Below are positions 24,414-35,500 of a stretch of 64,000 nt of DNA, one piece after another (the first letter of the stretch is position 1; the number at the start of each line of letters is the position of its first letter). Origin of the DNA: Ranitomeya imitator (taxonomy: Eukaryota); the NCBI RefSeq assembly GCF_032444005.1, contig NC_091283.1:27032001-27096000 (forward strand), read 5' to 3'. Position numbers and translations under genes: made by a program. The notes under the pieces are model-generated. The model made no database searches. It worked only from the letters and a program-made list of their open reading frames with translations, and was not told where the DNA came from.

Positions 24414-24721
24414 TGGATACCATGCTTGGCATAGGTGGCTTTCCTTCATAGGATGCTGCCCTTCCCGTGGTTGTTCCTTCCCGGGGAAAGGCCTGGCTAT
24501 TCACTGCTTGCGTCGAGAAACACGTGATGGTGTCTCCGCAGCTTCTTTACATGCATCTGCATATTTCCCATAAGGGATGGGGGCAGTGTTCTGGAATCAC
24601 TGCGTTGAGAAACACGTGATGGTGTCTCCGCGGTGTTGGATGTTTTGGTCTCCCCGAGGCCAATCATCTGTGTCTTTATAGCCTTTTTACTAGGCACTGC
24701 TCCTAATAGCCAGATTCCTAC

Positions 24722-24766
24722 TCCACACTGATGAGGGGCAAAAACCCCGAAACAGCTGTCTGTGGA
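24722..24766 (+). ncRNA. Type I hammerhead ribozyme, unit 2 (cleavage after 24760)
   Basis: Identical motif at +353. Confidence 0.92.
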
Positions 24767-25074
24767 TGGATACCATGCTTGGCATAGGTGGCTTTCCTTC
24801 ATAGGATGCTGCCCTTCCCGTGGTTGTTCCTTCCCGGGGAAAGGCCTGGCTATTCACTGCTTGCGTCGAGAAACACGTGATGGTGTCTCCGCAGCTTCTT
24901 TACATGCATCTGCATATTTCCCATAAGGGATGGGGGCAGTGTTCTGGAATCACTGCGTTGAGAAACACGTGATGGTGTCTCCGCGGTGTTGGATGTTTTG
25001 GTCTCCCCGAGGTCAATCATCTGTGTCTTTATAGCCTTTTTACTAGGCACTGCTCCTAATAGCCAGATTCCTAC

Positions 25075-25119
25075 TCCACACTGATGAGGGGCAAAAACCC
25101 CGAAACAGCTGTCTGTGGA
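25075..25119 (+). ncRNA. Type I hammerhead ribozyme, unit 3 (cleavage after 25113)
   Basis: Identical motif at +706. Confidence 0.92.
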
Positions 25120-25427
25120 TGGATACCATGCTTGGCATAGGTGGCTTTCCTTCATAGGATGCTGCCCTTCCCGTGGTTGTTCTTTCCCGGGGAAAGGCCT
25201 GGCTATTCACTGCTTGCGTCGAGAAACACGTGATGGTGTCTCCGCAGCTTCTTTACATGCATCTGAATATTTCCCATAAGGGATGGGGGCAGTGTTCTGG
25301 AATCACTGCGTTGAGAAACACGTGATGGTGTCTCCGCGGTGTTGGATGTTTTGGTCTACCCGAGGCCAATCATCTGTGTCTTTATAGCCTTTTTACTAGG
25401 CACTGCTCCTAATAGCCAGATTCCTAC

Positions 25428-25472
25428 TCCACACTGATGAGGGGCAAAAACCCCGAAACAGCTGTCTGTGGA
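25428..25472 (+). ncRNA. Type I hammerhead ribozyme, unit 4 (cleavage after 25466)
   Basis: Identical motif at +1059. Confidence 0.92.
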
Positions 25473-25780
25473 TGGATACCATGCTTGGCATAGGTGGCTT
25501 TCCTTCATAGGATGCTGCCCTTCCCGTGGTTGTTCCTTCCCGGGGAAAGGCCTGGCTATTCACTGCTTGCGTCGAGAAACACGTGATGGTGTCTCCGCAG
25601 CTTCTTTACATGCATCTGCATATTTCCCATAAGGGATGGGGGCAGTGTTCTGGAATCACTGCGTTGAGAAACACGTGATGGTGTCTCCGCGGTGTTGGAT
25701 GTTTTGGTCTCCCCGAGGCCAATCATCTGTGTCTTTATAGCCTTTTTACTAGGCACTGCTCCTAATAGCCAGATTCCTAC

Positions 25781-25825
25781 TCCACACTGATGAGGGGCAA
25801 AAACCCCGAAACAGCTGTCTGTGGA
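25781..25825 (+). ncRNA. Type I hammerhead ribozyme, unit 5 (cleavage after 25819)
   Basis: Identical motif at +1412. Confidence 0.92.
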
Positions 25826-26133
25826 TGGATACCATGCTTGGCATAGGTGGCTTTCCTTCATAGGATGCTGCCCTTCCCGTGGTTGTTCCTTCCCGGGGAA
25901 AGGCCTGGCTATTCACTGCTTGCGTCGAGAAACACGTGATGGTGTCTCCGCAGCTTCTTTACATGCATCTGCATATTTCCCATAAGGGATGGGGGCAGTG
26001 TTCTGGAATCACTGCGTTGAGAAACACGTGATGGTGTCTCCGCGGTGTTGGATGTTTTGGTCTCCCCGAGGCCAATCATCTGTGTCTTTATAGCCTTTTT
26101 ACTAGGCACTGCTCCTAATAGCCAGATTCCTAC

Positions 26134-26179
26134 TCCACACTGATGAGGGGCAAAAACCCCCGAAACAGCTGTCTGTGGA
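26134..26179 (+). ncRNA. Type I hammerhead ribozyme, unit 6 (one extra C in stem II or loop II; cleavage after 26173)
   Basis: TCCACA-CTGATGA-GGGG-CAAAAAC-CCCC-GAAA-CAGCT-GTC-TGTGGA. Confidence 0.88.
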
Positions 26180-27839
26180 TGGATACCATGCTTGGCATAG
26201 GTGGCTTTCCTTCATAGGATGCTGCCCTTCCCGTGGTTGTTCCTTCCCGGGGAAAGGCCTGGCTATTCACTGCTTGCGTCGAGAAACACGTGATGGTGTC
26301 TCAGCAGCTTCTTTACTTTGGATTGTAAGGTGATATTAAGCCCGGTTAGTAATGGAGAGGCATCAATAAGACACCTATCCATTACTAATCCTATAGTAGT
26401 GAGTTAAAAAAAAGACACAACCATAAAAAAGTATTTTAATATTCTTAATTTCCCCATACTTACAACCACGCCTAATTCCCCGAAGCCTTCAATCGCCTGC
26501 AAAAAATAAAAAATAATAAACCAACCGTATACTCCCTGCCCGACGCAGTCCAATTAATAACGAATGTCCCACGATGATCTCCCCTATAGACTGGTCACCT
26601 CAGGAGATGTGACAAATCTATAGACCTTCAGTGACACACTGACAGGAGACAATGGCTCCTGCAGTGTTATCATTGAGGGTTTAATGAGTTCATTGCTCTC
26701 ACTTTACGGCACTGCTGCATGAGAATTTTCCCACGCAGCTGTGCCGCAAGTGACAGTATGAACTTTACTGTACTCACAGCGGCGGAGGGATACAGTGCGG
26801 AAGGATACCTTCCGTCACTGTATCACCGAAGCCCCTGGAGAGCGGTAGCATCTGTTGATGTGACAGCTCTCCACAGGAGATTGTCGTGGGACACTCGTTA
26901 TTACATGGACTACTGCGTATCAGGGAGTATATTGTTGGTTTATTATTTTTATATTTATTACAGGAGAATCAAGGGCTTCAGGGACAAGGTGATTGGTGAG
27001 TATGTACTCTATGTTTTATGTTGTATGTACATATGTGTATACTGTCTGTACTCTATGTGTGTATGTGTTTTTTTTTTTACACTTGAACACAGTAGCCGGA
27101 TGACTATACTGTCCCATCATCCGGCTAGCTGTCACTGTAGCAGGCATAACCGGATGGGACTAGAAGTTCCATCGGACGATGCCTGCCTACGTACAGACCC
27201 GCACACACACAGCCCCGCACATCCCTGCACAGCACCGCAGACCCCCACACAGCTCCACAGACCCGCACACAGACACACACATAGCTCCGCAGACACAGAC
27301 AAAAGCACACAGAGACGCACATCTTCCACGCACACACACACAGTCTCCGCTCACAGTCTTTGCCCACATACTCTTCCCCCTCCCGATCTGCATTTCTCGC
27401 ACCCAACTCTGCAGCAAAACCGCAGATCCTACGGTTTTGCTGCAAATTTGACTGAATCAATGGAAGTCAATGGGTGCAGAAACGCTGCAGATCCGCACAA
27501 AGAATTGACATGGTCCTTTTTTTAATCTGCAGCATTTTCGGTGTGGATTTTTCCACACCATTAGCACAGCGGTTTTTTCCCCCATTGATTTACATTTTCT
27601 GTGCTGAAAAAAAAACCGATGCGGATCCGCAGGAAATCCGCAACGTGTGCACATAGCCTAATTGTTATTTTGTGGGGGATGATTTAATTATTGAACGCTG
27701 CAGAGCGTGTAAGGAAGGATTACTTCCTGACGCTGCCAGTGCCAGAATGTACTTTGTATGTAGAGTCAGCATGCTTTGTGCTTCAGTCTCACTTAAAACA
27801 ATGACAGCAGCAATGGCGCAAGCCGCTCCTATGATGTTT

Positions 27840-28960
27840 ATGCCCCAGCGTCTCCTGTGAAGTATATGCTCCAGCCCCTCCTGTGATGTATATGCCTCAG
27901 CATCTCCTGTGATGTATATGCCCAAGCATCTCGTGATGTATATGCGCCCACAGTATCTCCTGTAATGTGTATGCCTCAGCCACTTGTGCGATGTATATGC
28001 CCCAGCCTCTCCTGTGATGTACATGCCTCAGGCCCTCCTGTGATGTATATGCGCTAACTTCTCCTTTGATGTGTATGCTGCAGACCCAGTGTCTCCTGTG
28101 ATGTATATGCTCCAGCATTTCCTGAGATGTATATGTCCCAAAGCCTCCTGTGATGTGTATGCCACAGACCCAACATCTCCTGTTAATATGCCTCAGCGTC
28201 TCCTGAGATATGAATGCCCCTGTCTCCTGTGATATAGATGTCCCATGCCCCAGCATCTCATGATGTATATACGCCCCAGCATCTCCTGTGATGTATATAT
28301 GCCCCAGCATCTCATGTGATGTATATGCCCCAGCATCTCATGTGATGTATATGCCCCAGCATCTCATGTGATGTATATGCCCCAGCATCTCATGTGATGC
28401 TTATTCCCCAGCATCTCCTGTGATGTATATGCCCCAACATCTCATGTGATCTATATGCCGCAGGCTAAGCATCTACTTTGATGTGTATGCCCCATGTCCC
28501 AGCACCTCCTGTGATGTATATTCCCCAGTGTCTCTTGTGATGCATATATGCCCTAGCGTCTCCTGTGATATGTATTCCCCCAGTGTCTTCTGCAATGTAG
28601 ATGCCCCACTGTCTCCTGTGATGTATATTCCCCAGTATCTCCAGTGATGTATATATCCTACTATCTCCAGTGTATATCCCCCAGCATCTACTGTGATGTA
28701 TATGCCCTAGCCTCTTTTGTGATGTATATGCCCCAAGCGTCTCATGTGATGTATATGCCTCATCTCTAGTGTATCCTATGTTATGTATATACTCCAGTCC
28801 TAACATCTCCTGTGTAATGCATATCTTCCATCACCTCCTATATGATGTATATGGTGCAGATCAGGAGTCTCCTATGATTTATATTCTCCAGCCCCAGTGT
28901 CTCCTGTATGATGTATATACCGCAGTCTCGGTATCTCCTATGTGATGTATACTACAGACC
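27840..28960. repeat. Degenerate minisatellite of about 25 bp (gcatctcctgtgatgtatatgcccca)
   Basis: Dozens of variant units, near-perfect at 28290-28400. Confidence 0.9.
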
Positions 28961-29569
28961 TCTCACTGCTTGTCTATAAATGTAACATGAGGAGTGATGA
29001 ATTTCCCACTATGATACTTGTAGTGTAGTATACATCTGTCTTCAGAACTTACTGCTGCAAGTTCTTTTCAAAATTAATTGCAAAGAGTTGACTGCGCTCT
29101 AGATCAATGCAAATCAAGAAAACAGTTTCCTGTAGCAACATCATCAATACCATCTAACATGTCGCATCAAAGCAGAGCAGCTCCAGGCATCACATTAGGG
29201 GTGAGTTAATTAAATGTTTGACCAAATATAGCATAATAAATTTCCGAATGATGGTGTAAACATCCAAATGACCCCTGGAAGAGAAGAGGTTCACCATATC
29301 TGCTCTAAATGATATGTCAGTGTGAGCAGCATAGGCTGCAGACAATAATGCAGCAGAAAGGACAGCATGCGAATCAATGAGGACCAGAACAGTAAGGCAT
29401 GCAGGACAACAGATGGACAGGAAAGCTAGGTGCATCAATACTGATGCACAGCAGTCACACACAGGAGCAGTAAATAAGTAAATGCAGTCCAGAACTTGCA
29501 GCAGATATATGGTAAATAGCAGAGACATATGCAATAAGGAACTTGTAACAGAGACATGATTAAGCGGAA

Positions 29570-29980
29570 GGGTTCCTTTCCGAAGAAGCACTAGGCAAAA
29601 TGTGCATAAGAGGGTCTAAAGGTGGTAAATATGAAATGTTCATTTGTCCTAGGATGTGTATTTATGATTAATTTTGGTTCTCCTGTAGGCCTTGATGGTC
29701 ATGTACTTAGGTTGTGCCTGTTCCTATTAACACAGACGCACTTGCACTTTTACTTTGGTTATCTCCTTGACCTTCAGGCACCCCCAGATCTATGACAATC
29801 TTGCCAGTTTTGGTCTGGTCCTGTATTTACTAACATGAACAGGACCATGCTCCTAATATAAGCACTTGCACTTTATAATTTACTGTGTAACTGACTATTC
29901 TTATTATAATTTTTGTAACTAAATATTTTAACTTCGCAGCAACTATATTGATTCTTTTGGACTGAAATATTGTATAGCTG
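29570..29980 (+). mobile_element. Probable old Penelope-like pLTR remnant with a decayed hammerhead-like motif
   Basis: ccgaagaagc-actag-gcaaaa-tgtgca-ta can be read as a CpG-decayed cTGAnGAAGC...GCGAAACGCGCGT, followed by an AT-rich tail. Confidence 0.4.
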
Positions 29981-30000
29981 TGAGGTGTCATGCACATGTA

Positions 30001-31500
30001 CACCATGTTCCAAATTATTATGCAAATTGGATTTAAGTGTCATAAAGATTTAATTGTTTTGTTTTTCAAATAAACTAGTGGATGGTATTGTGTCTTGTGT
30101 CTTAGGGCTCAATGGATCACTAAAATCAATCTTAAACACATGTGATAATTAGTTTTACAGGTGATTCTAATGAAAGGAAAACTACTTAAAAATGATGTTC
30201 CACATTATTAAGCAGGCCAAAGGTTTTAAGCAATATGAGAAATAAAAAGGATCTCTAGGCTGCTGAAAAGCGTTAAAAAGTGCAATGCCTTGGACAAGGT
30301 ATGAAAACATTAGATACTTCACAAAAACTTTGTGATCATCATACTGTGAAGAGATTTGTGACTGAAATAGAGCACAGACAGAGTTCATGCAGATAAAGGC
30401 ATAATGAGGAAGGTTTCTGCCAGACAAATTCATTGGATTAAGAGAGCAGCTGCTAAAATACCATTACAAAGCAGCAGTTATTTGAAGCTGCTGGTGCCTC
30501 TGGAGTCCCTTGAACCTCAAGGTGTAGGAACCTACTATTCGGCCACCCCTAAACAGTGTTCACAAGCAGAAATGGTTGCAGTGGGCCCAGACATACATGT
30601 AGACTAATTTTCAAACAGTCTTGTTTACTGATGGGTGTCGAGCAACCCTGGATGGTCCAGATGGATGGAGTAGTGGATGGTTGGTGGATGGCCACCATGT
30701 CCCAACAAGGCTGCGACGTCAGCAAGGAGGTGGAGGAATCATGATTTGGGCCGGAATCATGGGGAAAGAGCTGGTAGGGCCCTTTAAGGTTCCTGAAGGT
30801 GTGAAAATGACCTCTGCAAAGTATATAGAGTTTCTGACTGACAACTTTTTTCCATGGTCTAAAAAACAGAAACGTGCCTTCAGGAGCAAAATCACCTTCA
30901 TGCTGACAATGCACCATCTCATACTGCAAAGAATCCCTCTGAGTCATTGGCTGCTATGGGCATAAAAGGAGATAAACTTATGGTGTGGCCACCATCTTCC
31001 CCTGACCTCAACCCTATAGAGAACCTTTGCAGAATCATCAAGCAAAAGATCTATGAGGGTGGGAGGCAGTTCACATCAAAACAGCAGCTCTGGGAGGCTA
31101 TTCTGACTTCAAAGAAATAAAAGCAGAAACTCTCCAAAAACTCATAAGTTCAATGGATTCAAGAATTGTGAACGTGATATCAAAGAAGGGTTCCTATGTT
31201 AACATGTAACATGGCAGGTTAGGAGGTTTTGGAGTTAAATAGCTGTTTTGTTCAGTGAATGTGACCTCCTAATGCTGCAAATTCCACAAATGAGCATTTT
31301 CAGTTCTTTAAAATGTATCAAATGTTTAGAAATTCTACTGTGCCTAATAATTTGGAACAGTGCATTGTGAGTTTTTATTCATTTTGGAGATTATACTGTT
31401 ATCATTGGGAGGTTTCTGCAATACAAATTTGATGTATACTCCAACGGGTGATGACTTTTATTAGACTGACTGTTATTGGCATCGACCATTTAGGAAAACT
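30001..31500 (+). mobile_element. Degenerate DD37E (TRT-type) Tc1-like transposon, right end truncated
   Basis: TA|caccatgttccaaattattatgc. Peptides FTDGCRATLDGPDGWS and RRQQGGGGIMIWAGI. D-(37 aa)-E counted from DNAPSH to DLNPIE. Confidence 0.85.
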
Positions 31501-31623
31501 AGGCCACAGGCTGTAGAGGGGAGGGCCTCATGACCAGGATGTATGCCAGGCCCTAATAGGGGTTACGCAGAAATAAACTAAAATGGAGTTTTAGGGGTGG
31601 AAGAGGGGGGAATTAGGATTTAA

Positions 31624-32581
31624 CCCCTTAATGTCCGCCAATCCGTCTTTTAACTGACCTGAGATATAAGAGAAAAGCATCCCCATACAGGTGACAATTC
31701 AGCAGCTGTCGGCTGTACACTATAGCTGACAACTTGCTGCATCAGCCACAATCAGTGTTTGCATCATCCAAATTTGTTGAACCCCTTAGATGCTGCTGTC
31801 AATAGTGATTACATCATTATAAATGGTTAACAGAGTGTGGGGGCTTCCTATTTATCCCCATCGGCACCCCCAGATCATGATTGTGTGGTCCTGATGTTTG
31901 TGATGGCAATTCATGGCCAAATAGCGGCCTTAGAGTCTGCTGGCTATAGTAATCTGTTCAGAAGTTAGAGGCATTTAGGCGGTAAAAATACACATTTTAA
32001 TTTCTGTCATGCCACTTTGCATTAATTCCTGAAAAGCACCTGAAGGGTTAATAAACTACCTGACAGCAGTTTTCAATATGTCAGGGGGTGCTGTTTCTAA
32101 AATGGTATCACTTTTGGGGGTTTCCCAATATATGGGACCCCTAAAGTCACTTCAAACATGGAAAAGTCCTTAAAAAATAAATTTTGTAAATTTCCTTGAA
32201 AAAATGAAAAATTACTGCTACATTTTTAAACCTTCTAAAATGCTAACGAAATAAAAGAACATTTTATAAATGGTGCTGGTGTAAAGCCGACATGTGGGAA
32301 ATGTTATTTATTAATGTTTTGCTATGGTATGACTATCTGGATTAAATGGATAATCATTCAAAGTTTGAAAAGTGCTAATTTTTTTACATTTTTCTCAAAT
32401 TTCTATTATTTTTTATAAATAAACACAAAACATATCAACCTAAATTTACCATTATCATAAAGTATAATGTGTCATAAAAAAAATTCTCAAAATCACTGGG
32501 ATTTGTTGAAGCATTCCAGAGTTATTACCATATAAATAGACACTGGTCAGAATTCAAAAATTTGGCTCCGTCACTAAGGGG
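31624..32581. mobile_element. Internally deleted piggyBac-like element (about 960 bp)
   Basis: TTAA|cccctta ... taagggg|CTAA, with internal modules shared with 1-3099. Confidence 0.75.
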
Positions 32582-35500
32582 CTAAAATGGTGGAATAAGG
32601 GAAGGTAGGAGGGGTTTCAGTTCAAAGCATGGTGGGAGTTAGTAAAAGGGGGTGTGAATGGGGCCATTTGATTGGTTAAGGGGACCTTGTATATAAGGGA
32701 GGATTGGAAGAGGCAGGGACAGTCTGTTAGATGTGAGTCAGGGACACAGTACCATGATGGAGGCTCTATTCCACGACTTTAAGAAGCTGGCAGAGACAAA
32801 GAGCACAGCATGGCTGCAGGAGCAGTTGCATCTGTTGAGTGGCAGCAGCGGCAGATCAGCTGTGGACCCAATGCCCCCAAAACGCCCTAGGAGGTCGAGG
32901 CCTTTTGAGAAAGTGAGCCCTGAACTGCAATCTAGGGCGCGGAGGAAGGCGGGGAGTCAATGCAGAGACCATCCGAGTTGGGATGTGAGCAGCTGGGAGA
33001 AGCAGGAGGCCTTGAATCCATGCCGGAAGTCTGCTCCGATTGCAAGCATACGTACGAGCCGGGAGGTAATGTCATCTTATGGTGTGAACGTGGCGGCGAT
33101 ATGCAGAAAGATGAGGTAACGGGGCGTCAGGAAGAAGAACAGGGAAGTGGCTGTAGTATCCGGGGAGTGAGGACCTGAGCGTGCAGTCCAGCGCTCTGCC
33201 TCCTTGGGAGGATGGAGCGTGGAGACTGGCCAAGGAAATGGAGAAAAGACCGAGAGGGCACCTGCTGCACCGCACAGGGGCAACAAAAGAGCAAGAAGCA
33301 GATGAGCTGTAGGACATAGGTAAGACGGATCGGTAGGGGAGGATTGATGGCTGCAGGCGTGCAGCTGAAGTGCCTTCCACCACCGCAGGGACTAAGGACA
33401 GTCGCAACACTCACGCAATAAGGGCCGAGGGGTTCTTGGTTGCTGGGGCATCGGCGGTGGAGTCTGAGAAGGGTCTGGCATCTACAGAAGAATCAGAGGA
33501 GGACCAGCAGGGTAGATACGCAGCGGCCGTTCTAAGGGGGGGCAAGAAGTTGGGCCGGTAAGCATTGAGGTCACTGTAAGGCAGCGAGTGGTTGTAAGAT
33601 GGGTGGCGAGCGACAGGTTGTGCCTGAGGAGTCGGCAGGGAGCGAGGTGTCACAGTTGTTGGGAATGATGCGTTAATTGATGGGCATGGCTAGGTCTTCC
33701 CCAGCGGCGGTGTGGCAAGGGGGTGGGCCACACATGGCGAAAATGGCTACAGTGGGGTGGCAAGTGATACTCAGGGTGGGGCCCCGCTTGAGGGGGCCCC
33801 CCCAGAGTCGGAAAGTGCGGTATTGACCCAGTGAGACTGGATAATAAAGCTCAGGGGGTAGTATATGTGTGTTTTCATAGGCCATTGGGTGCACATTTAA
33901 AAACGGAGGTGAAACAGAAGATATGGAGGGATGAATATGTATATTTTTTTGCTTTTGCCATAGAATAAGTTTAATTTGGACAGGGTGAAGTTGACGGAGA
34001 GTAAAAAAGAGGAAGAGGAAAGGCGGAGGTATTAGTTGATGCCCCGAACTTTTGCCAACTGGCTGCAGGTGTTCTCTATATTGGCTAGGGTGTGGGGCGA
34101 AAAAGACCCCGGAAAGTGTTCTTTTCTTTTTTGCTATCTGGATAGTATCTGGGAGGCTTGTCGTGGGACTGATTGGTTGCGGTACGACGAACAGTTTAGG
34201 CAAAGGAAGGCAGTTCGTCCAAGTTTGAGATAACAAGGGCATAAGTTTATGGATGCGTTTAATGTCGGCACCGAGAGTGTTGCTGTCTTCCTTTCTTGGG
34301 ACCACCAGGGTACCAGATAGTTCAGGGGCACCACCGGTGGGAGCCAAGAAGGGTTTGTGTTGGTGCTTTAATGAGAAGAAATGTACTTTTACGTCCTGTA
34401 GGTTTAAGCACAAATGTTCCGTGTTCCGGTTGCGGAGTACACCACAGCTTCAGTGTTTTAAGAGAGGAAAGGGAAAGCCTGGGGAAGCTGCGGTTAAGAG
34501 AGACGACTCCGGTGAGGGTACAGCAGATGGAGCAGTATTTAAATAATTACCCTGATACGGAGGCAGAATGTTTGTTGAAGAGAGGTTTTCGTTTTGGTTT
34601 CAAGATCCCTTCGGTTGTGAAGGATCGGTTTTGGTTCGGAATTTGAAGTCTGCTATGGAGCAACCGGAGTTAGTTGGTCAAACATTGGGTAAAGAAGTGG
34701 AGTTGGGCAGGATGGCCAGTCCATTTCGGGAATTACCGCATTTAAAGATTTCTCCTTTGGGTTTGGTCCCAAAGAAGGAACCAAATAAGTAATCAGTTGA
34801 TACACCATCTATTGTACTCAGAGGGGGAGTCGGTCAATGATGGCATTGATCCATAGTTGGTCTTGGTGTCTTATGTGTCATTCAATAAGGCGGTGGAATG
34901 GGTAAGGCGGTGTGGTCAGGGTGCACTATTGGCCAAGAGGGACATAGAGGTGGTTTTTTGATTGTTGCCGTTCATCCCGACAGTTTTCACCTGTTGGGCT
35001 GTTTTTGGGAAGGACATTATTACGTTGATTATTGTTTGGCCATCGGTTGTTCTATCTCATGTGCATATTTTGAGAAGTTTAGTTCCTTTTTGGAATGGGT
35101 GGTTTGCACGGAGGCAGGAGCAGATTCTATTATTCACTATCTTGATGATTTTTTGTGTATTGGACCAGCTAGATCTTCGATGTGTGCAATATTATTGCAA
35201 ACAATGGAACAAGTAGCGGAGAGGTTTGGGATTCCTTTGGCAGCAGAGAAGACTGTGGGTCCAACCACCACACTGTGCTTTCTGCGCATTGAGATAGATA
35301 CGGTGTTGATGGAATGTAATTTGCCACTTGAGAAGCTGGAGAATTTGAAAATGGTCATACAGGAGGTGTTGGGAGCCAGCAAGATTCGGTTGTGCCAGTT
35401 GCAATCTTTACTGGGAAAATTCAATTTTGCATGCAGGATTTTACCCATGGGAAGAATATTTACCTGGAGGGTGGCTGTAGCAACGGCGGACGCGACTCGC

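Larger units (their letters stand above)
23892..26315 (+). mobile_element. Hammerhead-ribozyme tandem array (retrozyme or satellite-2-like): inverted 294-bp segment plus six direct 353-bp units
   Basis: 353-bp period (ORF starts 24497, 24850, 25556, 25909), one hammerhead per unit, flanked by the 14-bp direct repeat ctttggattgtaag (23878-23891 and 26316-26329). Confidence 0.9.
22902..27658. mobile_element. Large PIF/Harbinger-type non-autonomous element hosting the hammerhead array
   Basis: TIRs gggtatgtgcacac and gtgtgcacatagcc with TAA/TAA TSD. The host sequence rejoins cleanly across the array (atgtcacc-tttggattgtaa-ggtgatatt). Confidence 0.75.

Noticed and set aside
24123-26109. Repeated 101-108 aa ORFs (MKESHLCQAW...) on the minus strand
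   Set aside because: They are by-products of the 353-bp repeat with no domain motif. The conserved signal is RNA structure on the opposite strand.
23892-26315. CRISPR-like or tRNA/5S/snRNA gene array
   Set aside because: The units are near-identical with no unique spacers, the context is eukaryotic, and no cloverleaf, 5S or snRNA sequence is recognisable.
26719-27525. 268-aa plus-strand ORF
   Set aside because: It lies in a non-autonomous Harbinger-type element and crosses (CA)-rich low-complexity sequence, with no recognisable domain.
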